DNA of 64,000 nucleotides from Balanoglossus misakiensis (lineage: Eukaryota; Animalia; Hemichordata). The position numbers were made by a program, and so were the translations under genes. Numbering within the stretch: position 1 is the stretch's first letter; every line of letters starts with the position of its first letter. The notes beneath the pieces are model-generated. The model had not been told where the DNA came from. It was given only the letters and a program-made list of their open reading frames with translations, and did not search any database. The DNA is taken from assembly GCA_040954595.2 (NCBI GenBank), contig CM082594.2, positions 4,511,319 to 4,575,318 of the forward strand, in the 5' to 3' direction. Shown here in pieces: positions 27,501 to 41,500 of this stretch.

Positions 27501-28581
27501 TACAAGGGGCGTTAAAACTTTGCCCCCCCCCCCCCCCACCACCACCACCACCACTACTACCGCCAACGCAAACTCTGCTCTGCTTTCGGAAAAACAGGAC
27601 ATGACACAAATCAGTTGCATAGCTGAGCTTTTAAATGATTTTGATTCTTGTACGAGGAAAGAGTCGCCTTTGGCTGGACGCCCGGTTTGGGGGTGAAACG
27701 TACGTTGATTTATTGACTCGAACTTTCACCGAAATACATTGAGTTTCTATGCTATGTAAGTGGGAGTACATCACGTAGAAGATTCATGACTCCGAACTGA
27801 GTCACCGAGAAGCCAGAAGGCCTCCGCGCAGACTAAACTAAAAGAATCCCTTCGCATATCAGACTGTATGCGTGCGTGCGTGGGTCAGTGTACAATCACA
27901 GCCGCAAAACAGATAACCTTCGCGAAAACACACACTTTTTGTCTCGATGCAAATGAAAACCCATCTTCAACCAATTCTGTTCAAATGCATTCCTTGGGTT
28001 CATTTTACAATATGTTCAGTCAGACAAACGGGGTATAGCGATGTAAATTGGGTCAGGGCTGGGCTTTATGTCACGCAGACGCTAAGGTAAACACGTCGCG
28101 ATACAAGCGGGTCAACTCTAGGGAGATATAAGTTTATGTGCCAGACTTCGTTGCAAAATGGTGGTAAGGTTTTTCCCCCATGGTAAGCGTCGCCACCGGA
28201 CAAAAATCCGCGAGGATTGGCCATATCAGGTCCAATTTGACGTGCGCGTATACTGTCCAATAATGTGCAAAGTCGTGTATGCGTCTTGATTCAAGTTTCT
28301 GTGCCATATACAACTCAGAAAAATCAAATAACGTAGGTTCATTTGACGTTTTTGATAATTTGCTCAGGAGTTCTTCGATTACTCGCATTTTAAGTTCAGC
28401 AAATGTAAAATACGCGAACGAACTGGACAGGTAGTGTTATGTTAATAGTCACAAGCGTACCGCGCGCCATGGTCAGTCACCTGTTGTCATGGGCGTACGA
28501 GTAACCAGAACCAGCGCGTCGTAGCGGAATCTTACCTGAGACAACAAAAATCTTCGACAGGGTTGGCGAGACGCACTCCAT
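21524..28581 (-). CDS. TGFBR2: TGF-beta receptor type II serine/threonine kinase, ~693 aa
   Basis: Minus-strand exons 28581-28536 (MECVSPTLSKIFVVS, signal peptide), 26047-25616 (Cys-rich ectodomain with CLCTTDNCN Cys-box), 25506-24653 (TM plus kinase: IGQGRFAKIWKG, VAVKIF, HRDIKSSNVLVK, ADFGLAL, LANSGQ), 23721-23580 (GTPRYMAPE...ESFKQCDMYAL), 22954-22827 and 22003-21524 (CWDDDPEARLTASCV) total 2082 nt in frame. There is no GS domain. LANSGQ, ESFKQ and GRFA are TGFBR2-type signatures. Confidence 0.9.
23864..24506. mobile_element. PIF/Harbinger-like MITE in TGFBR2 intron
   Basis: TIR gggagcattcgttttttacagggaggggggg...cccctccctgtaaaaaacgaatgctccc with TTA on both sides. An internal direct repeat (gggggtggg..tgggagggggtgtccccctcccac) occurs at ~24057 and ~24254. 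Confidence 0.8.
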
Positions 28582-31500
28582 GTTTACAGCTAGGCGATGA
28601 TATTACAAGTGGTATTGTCACAGGACCACTGTCAATTCCATTATCAAGTAGGCAGGTACTTGTTAAGTACCCGGCGGTGTCAACTCTCCCCGGTGACGGA
28701 AGTCGCTATTTAAAGTAACGGGACGGTATCACAGGTACGATCTGGGGAAAGAACCCTGGACACCCGCGAACACCCTGGCCGAAAAAAGTGGTCGTTTGGT
28801 CGTCGTAACAGAGCCAACTCAAAGTTTGTCCCGAGTTTTCTTTTGCTGTAGTTGGGTATGACTTATGATGTTCGGGTTGGTCCCAGTCACAGCTGAACAG
28901 ATTAAGTTTCTTGAGCGTGGGAGTGCTTGTATTATAGATATCGGGCGATTCCATTTTGAGAGTGGTCCGCGGTTAGAATATGAGGGACGGAAACTTCCAT
29001 TATGTCGTCATTTTCAAACAGGTAAAACAATATGAAGTTAAAAACGTGAGTTGAGTATCTTTTTATGACCTCACAATCATTTCTGTGTAGAAATGTCTAT
29101 TTTTCTGCCAAATTTTGCAACCAAGAAATATTCCCGTCCCCACTGCGGGGGTGGTAGATTGTGCCATTTCCTGTTTTCGGTGTACAGCCAATCGCTTATG
29201 CCAATCGCTTGCTTGTAAAGACGTATTGTATTTCCAATGCATGGTACCTGTGAGCCCATTCAATCAAATTGACGAACGATTATATGACATTCCTACAGGA
29301 TGACATAATACGACCAGCTTTCTCGAGTTATAGATAATTATCGCCAGCTAGCCTCTATATATCACGCAGAGCTGGCTTGTGTATTAATAACTCTGACCGA
29401 GTCGGGTCAGATGTCAGAGCAAAGTTTCAAATCTGAGTTTCGACAGTATGCCTGGATAATTAATCTTCACACTGGCGTATACTTTACAAGTGAATTAATA
29501 CGCGTGAATAAATAAAAGTAATATAAATAAAACAATTAAGCTGTTCGACTTGATTAATTGAGGAAGTCATGGACGTCAATTACGAAATCTTTTCAATATA
29601 ATATGTGTTGGCATGAGTCATACACGTGCACAGTTACTATAGTATGATGTCGCTAATTGTGTAAGTAATATCATATTCATATTCATAAATCCATAAAGTT
29701 GTATTTTCCTAACCATGGTGGTATGTTATTTAGAGTTTTACGGTAACTTTTGAATGTCAAGACTCAACAAGACGCGTACGTGTCTTTTTGTGCTTGTGTT
29801 GACGTCCTCACATAAGATTTTTGTGTGTGATTCAGATCAGAATATTCGTGATTTATAATGACTTCCGCGACCTTGGTCGTCCATTCTCCGCCACTGTGAT
29901 TCTTAGCGCCAAAGTGGTCTCTCTTTCACCACGCCGTGTTCGTATTTGTTCTGGCTGGGCGAAGATGTCATTCTAAACCTACGTGAGAGGTTAACCGGTC
30001 GAGTGAGATGACTCCAACCACGAAAATCATGCGCCGAGCTCGAGCCTTGGGATTTGAACAAAGAGGAAGAGATATCTAGGGGACTATGACCCTGTCCCGG
30101 GACACAGTTGCTAAATCTGTCGCAGCCTGGATGGTTGAAGAAATGGCTGTTTGGTGACAAACACGTCATCTTTCTCGTTCGTGCAATATTTGCGCGTTCT
30201 CACATATATTTCCGACAGTTTCATCCACTTTGTACAAAATTTATACGTCTTGGTCTGTCCATAGACGTACCGCCACAGAGGTCTGTCCATGCATCTACCG
30301 CCCGTTCATAGCAAACTCATGCCCAGTTTTAAGGCCAACAGATGGCCAAGTTGCACTGAGACCATTTAGCGTCCGCGGTGTTTTCTCTTGTAGAGTTAGA
30401 GCAAGAATTGAACAGATTTCACAAAAAGTAGTCTTCTCTAAGGCAAAAGATGGCGATTTTGTCGTCACAACCGACCGACGTCGTCCATGTTAAAATCACG
30501 AACCCATTTTGGCACTACCAAAGAATGCCATGTCACTCATCACTACAACATGGTCACGACGGTTTGTGATGTTTAGTGTTAAAATAGGCAGAACGAAAAT
30601 ATGCCGTGCACGTCGGACTGAAACTGGCGCTTTGTTGAAGGGGCACCTCAATGAGAAATTCAATATTTCGTACCACCGTGTCTGGTATTTGCCGCGGCTG
30701 AAATTGGAACACAAATAACTGTGCTCGCCAGACAGAATGGAATGCTTTTTATACCAGATTTTTTTTCGGGTACTTATTAAAAGGGCGAGGAGGGTAAAAC
30801 GTGCCGGGTTATTTAGCTGGGAGCGAGACTTGTGAGTGCCGTTGTCCGTCCGGGGCCCAAATGTCTCAATGTGTGGATTTGTCGGGCCAAGAATCTCGGG
30901 CAACTAACCATCTGTTTTGCACATCCCAATATTTCCAAGTCTCAATTCTTTGCCGCTACGTTAATGTTTGTATTGGGTCTTTTTGAAAAGGGGCCAGCGA
31001 ACATTGGCTGTACGTAATTTTCCACGTAAACATATTTTAATGGCAAATCTAGAACAGGGTGAACTTGCGTGCAGCTATCGGAGTCCGGCGTGTTGACAGG
31101 GCTAATGTAATATAATGGAAACCAGGTTTTGCAGGAATTTGCCATTCCTATCAAGGCATGGTACCTGTTGATGTGTTAGATACTGTCGACCAACCTGTTT
31201 CTAGCCACGTACGCATACGCGCATACGAGAACATATGTCCACCCAGAGACACCCCCGTCTGTTCGGCACACTAGCGCCAAACTCTATTAAAGGCCAACTT
31301 GCGTATTAGACCCGCTCGGTAACATAGTGTTGTACCTGTTCTGTGATAGTTAACCATGTAGCAAATGTTCGTACCCAAAAAATAAATTTCTCGGAGTGTG
31401 CAATATCATATACATGTACATCACCTTCATGTCTAACTTTCACTCTTGCTTTCTGCCTTGGACAGGAGATTATACACCCCAGGTACAAACATTAATCCAG

Positions 31501-32546
31501 GCGAATGTTTTTATCAGTTACTGACGTAAACTATTTTCTCTTGGCAAGTTTGTACATTGCTTTACACAAGTTCAAACAAACATGAACTATCGAGCCTACA
31601 GTAAGTGGTATACATTACCACTGAAAGCATCGTATGTAGACGCCTATCGGGTATTATTTCTGAATAATCTACAAATCCGTCTTATTATGGAGCTACCGTG
31701 GTCTTATTGTCTAAATTCAGATTACGTCGCACCTTGGGGTCCAGATAAGATGTCACTTTTATCAACAGTTCTCGAAAAACATTTTTGAGAGGCGACCGTG
31801 AGAAACAGAAAGTTCGTCTGAGGGCAAATATGTTTGCTAATTACATACCACTGGGGAAAACTTCCCTGAGATGTAAACGTAAGGTTATTGCCCTAGGGAG
31901 TTTTCACTTTGTCTGTTTGTCGCCTCCTCAATGATCCCTACTGCAAACTTCCCTTGGTTACGAAAAAGGGTATATTACCCCACCGCAGTGTTGACATATA
32001 TAAGCTTAACCATTGGATTTGTCAAGTATATTAATTATATTTCAAAATTTAGCAAAATGCCCGAAACAATCTAGAATTTGTGGTGGGAATATTTTTTGCA
32101 GTAATTCGGTCAAGGTTACAGTCGACCGACTTTATTCCACACAGGGGGTCGTAGAGAGAGATCAAATACTAGTCCATGTGCAGCGACCAGAATCAAACTT
32201 GACGTTTTTCTAAAAAATCCACATCGTTTAGGGGCGAACCATTTTATACCCGGGAGAGGGGCCAGTGGAATAGAAAAAGACGTTGCTGACACAATATGAC
32301 AAAAATATTTCACGTTAACTTAACCAGGCCGTATACTTATTGAGTCAAACTATCTTGTTTATCAGCAGATAAAAAATCTCTCATCGTCCACTCGCAGGAG
32401 TTATTATCTTTACTACAGTCTACCTAATTTTCGGAGAGCAAAGAAAGACCTTGGAAGGCGAAGATGGAAATCTGGTACTGTATGTGTATGTATGTATTGC
32501 GGCTGTGTTGAAGCGCCCTCAACGTTGATCCTGATGAAGGGCCAAC
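28582..32546. promoter_or_regulatory. Divergent (head-to-head) upstream region of TGFBR2 and SNX4
   Basis: Lies between the TGFBR2 ATG (28581, -) and the SNX4 ATG (32547, +). Relatively CpG-rich near both starts. Transcription start sites cannot be determined. Confidence 0.5.
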
Positions 32547-35500
32547 ATGGCGGCTGATCACGACGACACCTTTGTCCCCGATCTCTTACCCGAGAGAAAC
32601 GGCGGCCAGAGAAGGGATCTGTCACAATATTTCGGTCGGGTGAGTGTAATATGTGTTCAGGACACCGAGCTCCCCAAATCAACAGGAAACACTTCACTGT
32701 GATTTTCTGTTATCGATCGATCGGGAGATCGGGTCTGTCCAGGCTTTCGACATTGTTCGACGTGTTCATTTCAACCATTGGGAACCTGATATTAATTTTA
32801 AATCACAGACTTTGTGATACACACCTGTCTATGTGTAAACTGCACTATATTGGCCAATGTATTGGTTCTCATAATTCTCCCAGGCGGTTAACAGTGATTT
32901 TTGATTCATAATTTGCCCGTGTTCTTACTCATTTTGTTGTCTGGACAAGTGACCTGCCTGAACCCAAAAGTACTGTTTCAGTGGGCGTTCACTGGTTTAT
33001 ATCAACATGTACACTGTACCGTATTCAGCATGATTGTTTATTTTTGTCCCATGGTTTATATTTTGCATGCATTCAGACCTTTGCACAGTTTATCAAGTCT
33101 CACGACTCTATCACAGAGCATCTTGCCCAGTAATGTCAAAATTATAAAGTGCATCCAGTCTAGTCTATATTATAGTGTACACAGTACAGTGTATGTAAAA
33201 TTATATAGTCATAGTGCTTCAACTCCTTGTCTATAGTGTATAGGTATTAAAATATATGTTATACTTGTAATATATCATTAACAATTATTTTATGTCGCTT
33301 TTCCATATTGATTTTTTATTTTTTAAAACATAGTTCACATTAATACTATTTCACCATAAAGTGTCTGCTGATGAAGAATTTTTTTTTCTTCTCTCTCTCT
33401 CTCTCTATTTTTCTCAAACTACATGGCTGCTTCACTACAGAGAAAGAGTTCCCTAAAGCTCTCACTTGCTAAACAGGTACATATATAATATACTTAGAAT
33501 AATGGTTCTGGGACTCTTACTCGCTGGACATTTACCCACCGGATACTTTTCCTGGATTCTCTCCGAAACTCCGGGTTGGAAATGTCTGGATAGATGTCCA
33601 AGGAGAAATCGTCCCGGTGATACCTGTAGAATTGTTATGCCATGTGTAGTTCACTGTTTATAAATAAATCACTCCATATCTCGTGTAATATACACAACAT
33701 ATTATATACGAATATGCTACATGTACACCCATTTCATTGCCATCCGTGTAAATTTCACGTATATGTTAGGATATGTACACTCCATTACACCGATGTTCAT
33801 TTCACCAGCTGCATCACACCAAATAAGGTCAGAGGGGCTCTGTAGTGGCCAATCAGTGCACTTGTTACTCAGTCAGGGATGAAAAGAAGCCAATAGTATC
33901 CCTTGCATAGGATTACACGGTGTCCTCAGGCAGCTTTGGATCATGGTGGAGGGAAAGTAAACAATTCTTTCAGTGATTTCTGTGCAGGTCACACACTGTA
34001 AAACAGAGGCCCAGGCTGGCTGTCTCTTGCTGTAGAATGTAGTGTGGTGATTTGCTTGAAACTTGAAGTTAGGTTTTTGTCATTTCCCATGAGCCTTTGC
34101 CCCTGATTTCTTTCAGCGAGTTGTGTATCTGTCAGTGTGAAGGTCGCACACAATAAAAGCAGACCACTCACCAGTCAGATTACTCACTTTCTCAGTAATT
34201 TGTTTATTCAGTGACACACCAGTTGCACAGTTCTCAGGTTCCATGAACCCTGGTCCAGTGTAAACCCCCCCCCCCCCCCCCCCCCTAACTCGTTCAGTAT
34301 CTCACTGGCACTTTTGCACACTGGTCCACTGACTACATCATGTATCTTATTTGCAGAAAAGCAAGGAACCGGTCATAATTAACCACCACGATAAAATCAC
34401 TAATTCTGTCTTGGAAGGTTTTCCAGGCTGTTGGACCATTGAGCAATTAGACACCAGTGAACTGGATCCAAATTCGTAATCCCCTTGACCTTGAGTTTGA
34501 CCTCAGGGCTTCGTGAATTCTGGTGTCTGGTTTCTTGATAAATTCAACACAACACAGTAGTTTCAAAATCTGAAAAATTTGTGATCTGGTGTTTGAAGTT
34601 CAGATGATCATCTCTATAAAGATGTACATATATTTGCACACAGCCAGTTAGAAGTCTTAAAGGGACAAAGTCTCTCTCTCGCAGGCCTTTTTCCATTAAT
34701 TATGTTTGATACAAGACACCATTCATGTTATTTTACATGTGGATATATAGAGAATCAACAACATTCAATGACACACAACTTCCATCCCGTTTGTAGGATA
34801 TGAGAGTAAAAATCTCGCCCAAATGAATAAATGGTAAATACCGATTATTAATTTTGGTGAGTCTTTTTACTCTCTTGTCTACAAGTTGGATGGAAGTTGT
34901 GTGTGGTTGAACATTGTGTTACTATATGTCCACATGTAGAATAGTAAAAACGTTGTCTTGTATCAAATATAATTATAAATGGAAATAGGGCAGCGAGAGA
35001 GAGACTTTGTCCCTTTAATGGCATATCAAGAAATTGTACCACCATTGCAAGGTCTAGCCAGTGAAGAGTTCTGTTTTGTGAAGTACGTTTTGATTTGGCA
35101 AGTTAGCAAGAGGCAGTATACATGCAAGAAACTGTGGTCTTTTAGCACCAGCTGTTATAATCAGTATTCAGACTAAGGGCCTCATAAACACAGGAGCTGA
35201 ATACAAGCACACACCCTGAGTTAGCCGACTCCAAGCCTTGTGGTATCTGTATTATAACAAGAAGCCAACTTAATGACCTGCCCTATGACCTGACTTGTTT
35301 TATTGTCGGTGTCTCTAGTGTCTATGTTTTTTTTTTCAATATTCAACTTCCTTGCTAATGCTTTTGGAAGGCCAATAAATTGTTTCTTCTTCTTTTTAAG
35401 ATGAGTGAAAGTGGCAATTTTTTTAGTATTAACAAAATGAATAATATTATGGGAAATTTTGTGAAACAAACCGAGAGACCGGTATAATCAGGAATTGATT

Positions 35501-38500
35501 CCAGGATGTAGATGCAAGGTCAGGCAAGGGTCAAGCAAATAGCCATTTGTTGGTACCGAAAAAGGGGTGACTCATCCCAGAGAAAAAATTCAGCTTGTTG
35601 TCCACATGCTGAATGTAGGATGTTCAAAACACCACTTTCGTCTCCCCTAGCTGTTGTCCGTAATGCTTTGTACACACGATGATGGCAAGTGTGGATATTT
35701 TCGACCCATTTTAACCTATTTTAGATGTACCAATATAGTTTTCCATCACCTGAGTAACCTATATTGGGTCTGAAGCACCTCTCTTCCTTTTTCAAGTACT
35801 ATTTCACTGAGCGACAAGCTGATATCTTCGGTGATGTCAATAATTATGTGTACACGAGCTCATATGGCAGAGTTAGGAGGCAGCGCGGCCATGGTAACTG
35901 GACACTGGACACACATTTGAAGGGTTTACTGTGAAACCTGTCTATCAATACACCGAAATATTCCCTGTAATTATGTTTTCAAATCTCCTAGATACATGAT
36001 GAGTCCATACAGAGATGCAACCGACAACACACAGAATTTATATAAGGAAATGGAAAAATTAGAAACCTGTTGTCATAATATTAAATTGCATTGTAGCCAG
36101 AGCTTCCGTGAGCACATCCGTGTTATATATCAATTTGAAAAGTATTATGTTACTATTTGAAATGACTAGCTGCAGCCTGCCTGTTTAGAATCATTTGAAA
36201 AAAATTGACAGCGGCCATATTGGAACATTTCTTGCTATTTTTGTCACTTATTACAATGTATGTTCTTCAAAGCTGTATGTTAGATGGATTGATGCTCACA
36301 CACTGTGTTGGAGTTAGTAATACCATTATAGTGTACACTACCCTGCAGCCTTGGGGATAAATTCCATACTGTACAAACAGCTTAATAATATGGGATTATG
36401 TTTGCAGTGCATGGTGGAGACATTATAGTAATGTGCTGTTTCCATTTTTAGGTCATATTTGCCATGTGTGCTTTTTACAAGAAGGGGAGCCTGCAGGCAT
36501 CTTAAGAACCACCACATTAAAAACAAAATTACCCCCAAAAGATCCTTCCCTGAACATCATTCCAATTACTTTCTGTGCCACAGCAGACCAAACCACTCAG
36601 AAATAGGGGAATGTGAGCCTGGCTTTGCGAAGTTTGTCAAAAATGACAGAGTTATCGCCTGTCTTTAAAAAAAATGGTTTCTTGGTTTATGTTCTGTAGG
36701 CGTCATTGTTGAACTCGGTGGAAATCTGTGTCTCAGAACCTGAAAAAAGGAGTGTTATATCATCTGTAGGAATCAAGGATACGTATACTGTATATCTGGT
36801 AGAAACAAGGTAAGTGCATACATTTTTGGTTCGTCAGTTGAGTTACAATTATAAAAGAATGTTTGGATTGACTTCGTTGCAAGGTAGATGGGTGATAGGT
36901 ACATTATATAAGAAGACACAAGGGAATTTTCCTCTTTCCATTGAAAATACTGAATTCAGAGAGGCTATTTGTGCCTTAAATTTACTTATTGTTCTGGACG
37001 AGAAGATAATTTATTAATAAATATCACCCAATAGACAGAAAAAAATAATGACCTAGGAGGAATATAACTATAGGACAAGTTTGAGTCATGAAATGCAAAA
37101 ATCATGTCACAAATGTATATTTGTCAGCCAGTGTAATAATAAAAATAGATTTCATTTTTTTAGATGTCAGAAAAACATTACCCAGTGTGTCTGGGGAAGA
37201 CAATTTTTCTGATATGACAGCAACGATCCAATCATTATTGATCGTGTCTCTTACTGTAGGCTACATGTACATAATGAATAGCTCTTCCCACAGATCTTTT
37301 TTCAGTGAACTCTTTAATTGATAATGAGTGTGTCAGTAGTATTTTGTCAGAGAACTGGAACGGTACTTGTGTGAATAGATATGGCAGAGTGGAGTGAAGG
37401 GGGTTGTCAGATCCTACTCAGTAGAAGAGATATTTCTGAGTTTGACATTTCATTTGTGATAGGTAGTTCAACTTTCAAGACATGATATCCCAGTTCTTAG
37501 TTCTGTGTATAAGTGGATGGCGAGTGTCAATGTGAGAAAAAAATGGAATATCGGTGTATGAATAAAAATGACAGAATTCATCAAAACCAGCAGGGCTTAT
37601 CAGAGCTCCCTGTGGTGCGATATTTCTGGAAATTTCAACGGAGCTGTCGAACGCTCCAATAAACCTGTTATCCTCTGTGAGTTAAAATCTATAGGGTTGT
37701 TTAACGACCGTGGAACATTGAAAGCTTTTCATTATGGTTATTCAGCGTCCAACCATTTGTCTTGTGAATGATGAGGGTTGGGGATTTATCGCCGATGTTA
37801 ATTACGGCATATTTGCGGCGATGTTGTTGACATTAGTTGATTGATTGTAAAATAACTGTGACAGAATATAATGTAAAGACATAATAGTTTCTGCATTATT
37901 CAGGATTGACACTAAATGCATTTTATGTTGTCATCATATTCAGAAGTGGAATTAAACTACAGTGTATTCCCATTCCCTTCTAGCAGGAATAATTATTTAA
38001 ATGGTCTCAGCTTTGTAATTTCAAAATATTCTCAGGGCAAACAGTACACACAGATGGTTCAAACAATAAGTTCCACTAAATTGCAGCCAAATAATGATTT
38101 TAAAAAAACTATACGATTTTTCCTCAAATATAAATCTGACATAATCTCCTATACAAAGAGACATGTCTTCAATGTTCCTGAGTGCTTGAAGCCTACAGTT
38201 TCACCAATGTTCTCTTTTTCTTTCCCGTTTTGTTAGAATTAAAGAATCGAGCGGCAAAGGAATAGTTGATTCCCCAACCTCACTTTGGAGGCGATACAGC
38301 GAGTTTGAATTACTGAAGAATTATTTAGTTGTGACGTATCCGGCCATAGTGGTGCCACCAGTGCCAGAGAAAAGGGTAAGAGAATATTCAAATTTTGATT
38401 TGCTTGAATTTCTCGTATCCATACTTTTAGACCTGAGAAGGTGATACAACATGTATGAGAATGTTTTACATGTATATGAGTGGTCAGTGACATACAATTT

Positions 38501-41500
38501 AACAAAATGTATGTGCATGTTTGTGTATGTCTCTGTCTGTCTGCCTGCCTGACTTCCTATGTACCTACATGTACTTAGAATGTATGTTACATCTATCTAT
38601 CTACATGTAGCTGTCTGTCTGTCTCCCTCTCTCTCTCTCTCTGTATGTCTGCCTGTGAGTCTGTCTATCTACCTAGCCCTATGCATCTACAATGTGAGCA
38701 CATGTATCTTAGTGTATAAGTCTGTAGTGTAAAAAATGTGATTCTTACATGACCAATAAAATGGCACTGATAATAAAATAGAAAGTCCAGATATTGTGAC
38801 TGCACACTGTGAATGCATCTGCAGTCTTTTTTCCTCTATCTGCCTTTCTACATAAATCCTATATTGTGTTTCTCTTTCTCTCCCAGGGAATTATTCAGTG
38901 GCAGGAATTCAAAGCAACGGACAATTTTGATCCGGATTTCATCGAAAGGAGACGAGTGGGTCTGGAGAACTTTTTGTTACGGATAGCCTCCCACCCGAAG
39001 CTGTCCCAAGATAAAGTATTCCATGATTTCCTTCAGCAGGAAGACAACTGGAAGGAGAGTGTCTTAGAAACAGGATTCCAAGCCAAGGTGAGGGGTTGGC
39101 CTACCCTGTGAAATATGCAAAGTGGATGAGTCCTGTTGTTTCCCTACCTGTGTGGGTTCGTGCGATTATTGTTAGTGGGGTGGCAAGTGTGGTTGTGATT
39201 GTTTTGAAAATCAGTAACTTTTTTCTAGTGATTTTCAGAGGATTTTTTCTGTCAAAACTGCAATTTTCTAGGAGTGCTTGTGCATTATTTATTTTTTTCA
39301 AATTTCTGAACTGTCATCGGCATTTGATGATGACAATATCAGTGGTGTACGTTCCGTGAAAGAAGCTTAATAAACCTTTTGGTCATTCCTGGAGTAAATT
39401 TCATTTTTCCAAGAATGCATCATTCGAACATAAAAGACTATCAGCGAATGAAAGAGACTGTTTGAGTGGGAGATTAGGATAGCGTGTTGCAAGCCGTCAT
39501 CCTATTCAAATAGTGCATGTGTACATGTGCATATTCATCGCCCTGTCAGTGTGTGTTGCCTACCGTTACCATAGCTACGCATGCTAACTACATACCTTCT
39601 TCCATACCCTGTTCTTTTTTTTTTCTTCTTCCTTTTTTTTCACAACTGCACACTGCAGAGCCAGGACCACAGTAGAGATGTACGTTGCCATGGTAACATG
39701 TATCTGTCGATGTCACATGTGCAATTGTGCAATTTTTGTGATGTGTTTTGTCAGTTTCTCTGTGCCATTTTGTGATGGTAATAATGAGCATGCATGCTAT
39801 TTTTTGGCGGATATTTTTGTTGTAATGTATAAAAAGATATTTATTTTGTATTTTTGCTTTCTTGTGCCAACTCAAATTTACCAGTGGCAAATCAAAATTT
39901 CTGCAAACATGAAATCATATAGCATACAGCATATAGAATTTAATGCACAGGCTTTGTAAAGAAAGTGAATATTTAATATCCCAGCGTCTCTAAGAATCTG
40001 TGGTACTTCAGTATGTTTCAGTTTTGCATTTCAGTTGCCATAGTAAATATTTACTTTGACCAAATTCTCATTAAAGGGGAAATCCGCTGTAGCTGATTTC
40101 TACATAATTTGGTAGCTTTGATGTCTCTCTTTCAGAAAAAAACATATTCGCCATGTATAGGTCGCGCGATTTTTTACAAAATCTAGGGAAAGTTGGCAGA
40201 ATTTCCAATATGGCGTTTACTGTAATTTGAATCATGGGAAAAAAAGCGCCAGGAGCAACTTCCGCCCACCATGGTGTGGGTGATACCATTCTCCGATCGG
40301 TGTCACTGGGCGACAGACTAGGCGTATTTTCATAGCTATTGTTTGTTCTTTGCATCAGTTGATAAACAATCATCAGCAAAGTCGAAAATTTGTCATCTAT
40401 TGACAGTTTTCATGAGCTATAACCCATGAAAAATATGCAAATACGCTTAGCTTGTGACACAGTGACACCAATCGGAAAATGGTATCACCCACACCAAGGT
40501 GGGCGGAAGTTGGTCCTGGCACTTTTTTTTCCCATGATTCAAATTACAGTAAACGCCATATTGGAAATTCTGCCAACTTTCCCTAGATTTTGTAAAAAAT
40601 CGCGCGACCTATACATGGCGAATATGTTTTTTTCTGAAAGAGAGACATCAAAGCTACCAAATTATGTAGAAATCAGCTACAGCGGATTTCCCCTTTAATG
40701 TAACTTTGCATGGTGTGATTTGATAGCATTAACGAATTTAAGGGTTTTTGTGGCAGAGCAAGGAGTATAAATGGCAGGGTAATTAATGTGCTGTAGTTCA
40801 AACTGTGGACTTTTATAGTTATGTCATTCTCATTACAAATGGGTATAATTTAATGACAAATATCAGTCCTCGGAAAGAATGTAAAACAATAAGACTGAAA
40901 TGGTTGTACTGTAGAGTGTGATGTTGGAAAAGATATAGTGTGTGTCTGATTAGGTCTGAATGTGTCTGTTTTCTGTCTGTCTATCTCAGCCTGTGTTGTC
41001 GCATAGTGGCCTTGTCATTATCTATTTACTTGCTTCCAAGTTTCATATAAAAATCTGTCTGCATGCTCACATATACACTAAGACTTCATTAATATTTGAA
41101 ATTTGATCGCAAATATGCACCATCTTGTCGGAAGTAACATATTGATGTGAGGCTTGTTCATGTTGAGATCATAAGTATGTGTAATATTTACATAGGATGT
41201 GTGTCATGTGCTGTCACATAGCCATGTGACAATTTTAATCATACATAGAACATCATGCTGTATATACATGTATTGGAATGTGATCTTTTTTCTGCCTCGA
41301 AAAAAGTATTGGTGAAAACGGACATCCTGAGAGATTCAAACTAGATAGCTGTTCACAGCTGAGTGTATACCATCACCAAAGTCTGAAATCTGAAAGATGA
41401 CACCCTATTGGATGCATCTGTTTGTAGACTTGGGTTCGCAAAGAAATTGACCAATCAGAGATAACTATAAGTGGGGGTCAATTGTGTTGTCGGAGAGCTC

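Noticed and set aside
27487-27604. Poly-Pro/poly-Thr ORFs
   Set aside because: Translation of a C-run plus (CCA)n microsatellite in TGFBR2 intron 1.
28980-29021. Possible SNX4 first exon (MRDGNFHYVVIFKQ|gt, phase 0)
   Set aside because: The exon at 32547-32639 has a much better Kozak context and donor, and it is closer to exon 2.
40071-40698. Two opposite-strand ORFs with identical C-termini, resembling a duplicated small gene
   Set aside because: Artefact of the MITE's long inverted repeats.
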